From NCBI GenBank assembly GCA_965644295.1, contig CBFFRP010000329.1:1060-65059 (forward strand): DNA of 64,000 nucleotides, written 5' to 3'. Below the pieces are notes generated by a model. The model was not told the DNA's origin, did no database searches, and saw only the letters and a program-made list of their open reading frames with translations. This stretch comes from Paraphysomonas bandaiensis (Eukaryota; Protista; Chrysophyceae). A program made the position numbers and the translations under genes. Shown in pieces: positions 61,125-64,000 of this stretch. Position 1 is the first letter of the stretch; each line of letters begins with the position of its first letter.

Positions 61125-64000
61125 CCGAGAGCTCGACGTCAACTACCACAGATGAACCCCACGGACCGTCGACAACTCAGGCTCCATATGTGCGACATGA
61201 GCAGAGTCTACCGCCTCACCCTCAGACCCTCAGCCCTTCGCACACAACAACATATCCCTAGTGATGGGTACTGCGCATACAGCACACTCTATCATCTGCA
61301 CATTCTTGCTTCAAGCAGGCGACACACTCGCTCCTGTCTGAAATTAGACCTCAAACAACGCAAGGACCGTCACACGCTAGCATCTTTCATAAATACATTA
61401 GGCACCCAAGCGTTCGACATAATGCAACGGGAGTGCATGGCCCATCACACACTTCAGCCACTACGACATAAGTTAGATCACGCACAGGCCGCACTTTTAA
61501 TACCTACTAAAACAACATACACTACGGAAGACGACATAACTCACTGGCTCTCAGTGCGAGAAGTCCACCTTTTAGCCTCTACTATCAACCCCTGCACGAC
61601 GTGGGCGCAAAATGGTAATTACCTCAGCATTGTAGGCATCCCTACTGACAAAGTAGCTTATAACATCGCATGGAAGGTGGACGAACTTAGGGACGCTATT
61701 CGTGATAACTACTACCATGTCATACTACAAGATGCTCACTACTTCCTCTTAGACCCTGCCGGTCTTTCTACTGCCCTAGACAACGCCCTACTATCTCTTG
61801 AAAACACCTTGGCCACCAGTATACTCTCAACGGCTGACCCCATCGCTCCACCTACACTCCCCGCGGACTCAATCACGAACAACAATAGGACATCAAAGAT
61901 GACCAGCACCAGAACAACCTCGTCAAGCAGCACCAAGTTAGCACGAACAAATCGACAGATTCTGCAGGCTTCAACCCCTGGAGCACTACCATCGCACAAG
62001 AAGATGCAGTTGAAACACGCCCAAACTGCGTTGACAAGTCGATGCCAGCCAACCCGGAAAGCCAAAAAGGTCGTAAATTACGATGAAAGTGACCAACCAA
62101 CGAACCTTCACAACTCACACCCAACCACGACCACACGAACGATCAGACCAACTCCAGCACTAGATACCACCGGCTGGGACAGGGACTGGTCAAGAAAGTT
62201 CTACATTGCGTACGCCGATAACACTGCCAAAGGACTATCCCTTTATGCGAAGAACACATTCCCAGCAGACGTCATCATTGCTGAGTACAAAGGCAAACGC
62301 TATCCACTAACAAAGATGAGTCAGTCTACAAGGCGTTCTGATTACATAGTTCAAGACAGTACTGGTACCTTCGCAATAGATGGCTTTGACCAAGTCCGAC
62401 AATGTGTAACATGCGAAGCTGGGTATATTAATGACCCCCTAGCCACAAATATGGCTAATGTCAAGTTTGTCACGAAAAATAAACGCCTCTATGTCCGTAC
62501 AATACGTTCCATTGCTAAGGATGAAGAACTTCTCATCAACTACGGACATCATTATTGGTGTGATCAACGCTGGCCACTTGAGATATTAATCCAAGCCAGG
62601 GCTGCGTACGACAGCGACATAGGCGGTGCCAATATAGCAGTATGGGACAGACTCCTTGCAGACAAGAGTGGAACTCCTACAGAGACCTCCAGCAGCATCC
62701 CCAAGGATCCCTCGGGAGCAGCCATGGGACTCCGACTCTCCACATGGAACACAAATGGCAATCCGGCATCACACACAGGTAAAGCCCAAGCTATCATCCG
62801 ACACTTTAAGCGGCAAAAATTGGACGTGCTCCTATTACAGGATGTCCGTCTAACAGAAACTCAGGCCAACTTCTTCACGCGTATCATCGAAGATGCACTC
62901 CAGGGAACAAGAATATGCCTCTTCCTCAGCAAGCAGCCAAAACTGACTTCAAGAGACCCACTAATGGGGGGTACAGTAGTCATAATCAGCGAATACTGGA
63001 AGCGCCGTCTCGCCTTCACAAAGGCTGACTTTACGGGACTTGGTTTAGTGAGCCGACTAGAGTTCAAAACGTCGGTGGCGCACACCCTAGTACTAATAAG
63101 CGTCTATCTACCCCCGAAGCCATCCACGCCAGGCACTTGCACATTATGGAGCAAATTGACCAAGCTAGGGAGAGCGTCCCGTGGTATCTGTACTGCTGAC
63201 CCCTACAAGCTCCTATGCAACATCCTTACGAAATGGGTCACTAAAGCCAGAGCCAAGGACCATACTGTCATTGTCGCCGGCGACTTCAATGGCTCCATGG
63301 AGACAAATCCTAAAGGCAGAGACATACGACCACTTGCCGACAAACTCCAACTGGCTGCACCACTCCATGAGCTTCTCCTACCCAGGAAAACATATCATAC
63401 CTTCCACAGATTAGACAAAGGAATATCGCGGATCGATCATATTCTACACACGCCGTTACCTCCGAACATGTCTGTTACGGACACTGGCTGCCTTGACTCC
63501 CCCTCATTACTCGCAGCAGCCTTCGATCATCGACCGGTCTGGGTCGGTTTCACCGTACCAGTCAATCTTGACCCTCGACCACCTGAGTCGCACCTCCGAA
63601 TCCCCCCCCGTCTCAATGTAAACCCGAAGGACTCCAAGGAAGTACAGGCATACACCGCAAGACTCCTCCAACTTCATGCACAACTACCACATTTAGACAA
63701 CGGATCGACTACCATACTCCCTCCTGAGGTGGCAGCCAACAGACTAGCGGCCATCCATCACATAACCCTCCAGGCTTCGCTTGAGGCGAAGCGTCCTGCA
63801 TGTACACATAGCACACGCCTACACGAACGTTGTCAGCGCACACGCTCAAAGTTCAAGAATGGCTTTTCCCCGGAAATGAGAGTAATACAGGAAGGAATGC
63901 TCATGGTTTTGCGGATTATCCAAAAGATGTTCAATTCTGCTGGATACAAACGGCATGGATGGCGCGGCCCCCCGGCAACCACCCCCACCCACGAAATCAT
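61125..64000 (+). CDS. LINE ORF2 continuation: OTU-like + SET + APE endonuclease (no stop in window, so absent from ORF track)
   Basis: Own translation: IPSDGYCAY...HWLS...DAHYF; KGLSLYAKNTF..IIAEYKG, AGYINDP, EELLINYGHHYW; APE motifs 62730-63550. Confidence 0.88.

Larger units (their letters stand above)
55697..64000 (+). mobile_element. Non-LTR (APE-type LINE) retrotransposon, runs off window; 5' boundary uncertain
   Basis: Intronless C/A-rich long ORFs ending in an APE endonuclease (TWNTNG, LLQD, SVYLPP, AGDFNG, RIDHI, DHRPV); RT expected downstream, not visible. Confidence 0.85.

Overview
Eukaryotic genomic DNA with short GT-AG introns and the standard code. Gene content and transposon types suggest a stramenopile protist (inference). 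1-11.4 kb holds three nested LTR retrotransposons: a near-intact Ty3/Gypsy inside a second LTR element, which is inside a decayed Copia. 15-55 kb is a compact run of host genes: sulfotransferase, vWA protein, BCKDH E1-beta, Ska2-like, TBC-TLDc, membrane-anchored CDPK, AFG1 ATPase, DusA, cycloartenol synthase, BCNT/CFDP1, syntaxin, TPM-RING and an RCC1 protein. These are interspersed with hAT deletion derivatives, a dispersed repeat family and satellites. 55.7-64 kb is the 5' part of a very unusual non-LTR (LINE) retrotransposon. Best leads: (1) the LINE polyprotein carries three OTU-like domains and a SET domain ahead of its APE endonuclease, plus a twice-repeated FSxDNSGDGP motif that may be a StopGo/cleavage signal; (2) a Nup50-RCC1 fusion gene; (3) a Gypsy with IFDN in place of YxDD, in-frame UGA-separated gag/pol, a CCCH Gag finger and a Zn-ribbon ORF in its LTR. 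All domain calls are by eye from motifs; no searches were run.
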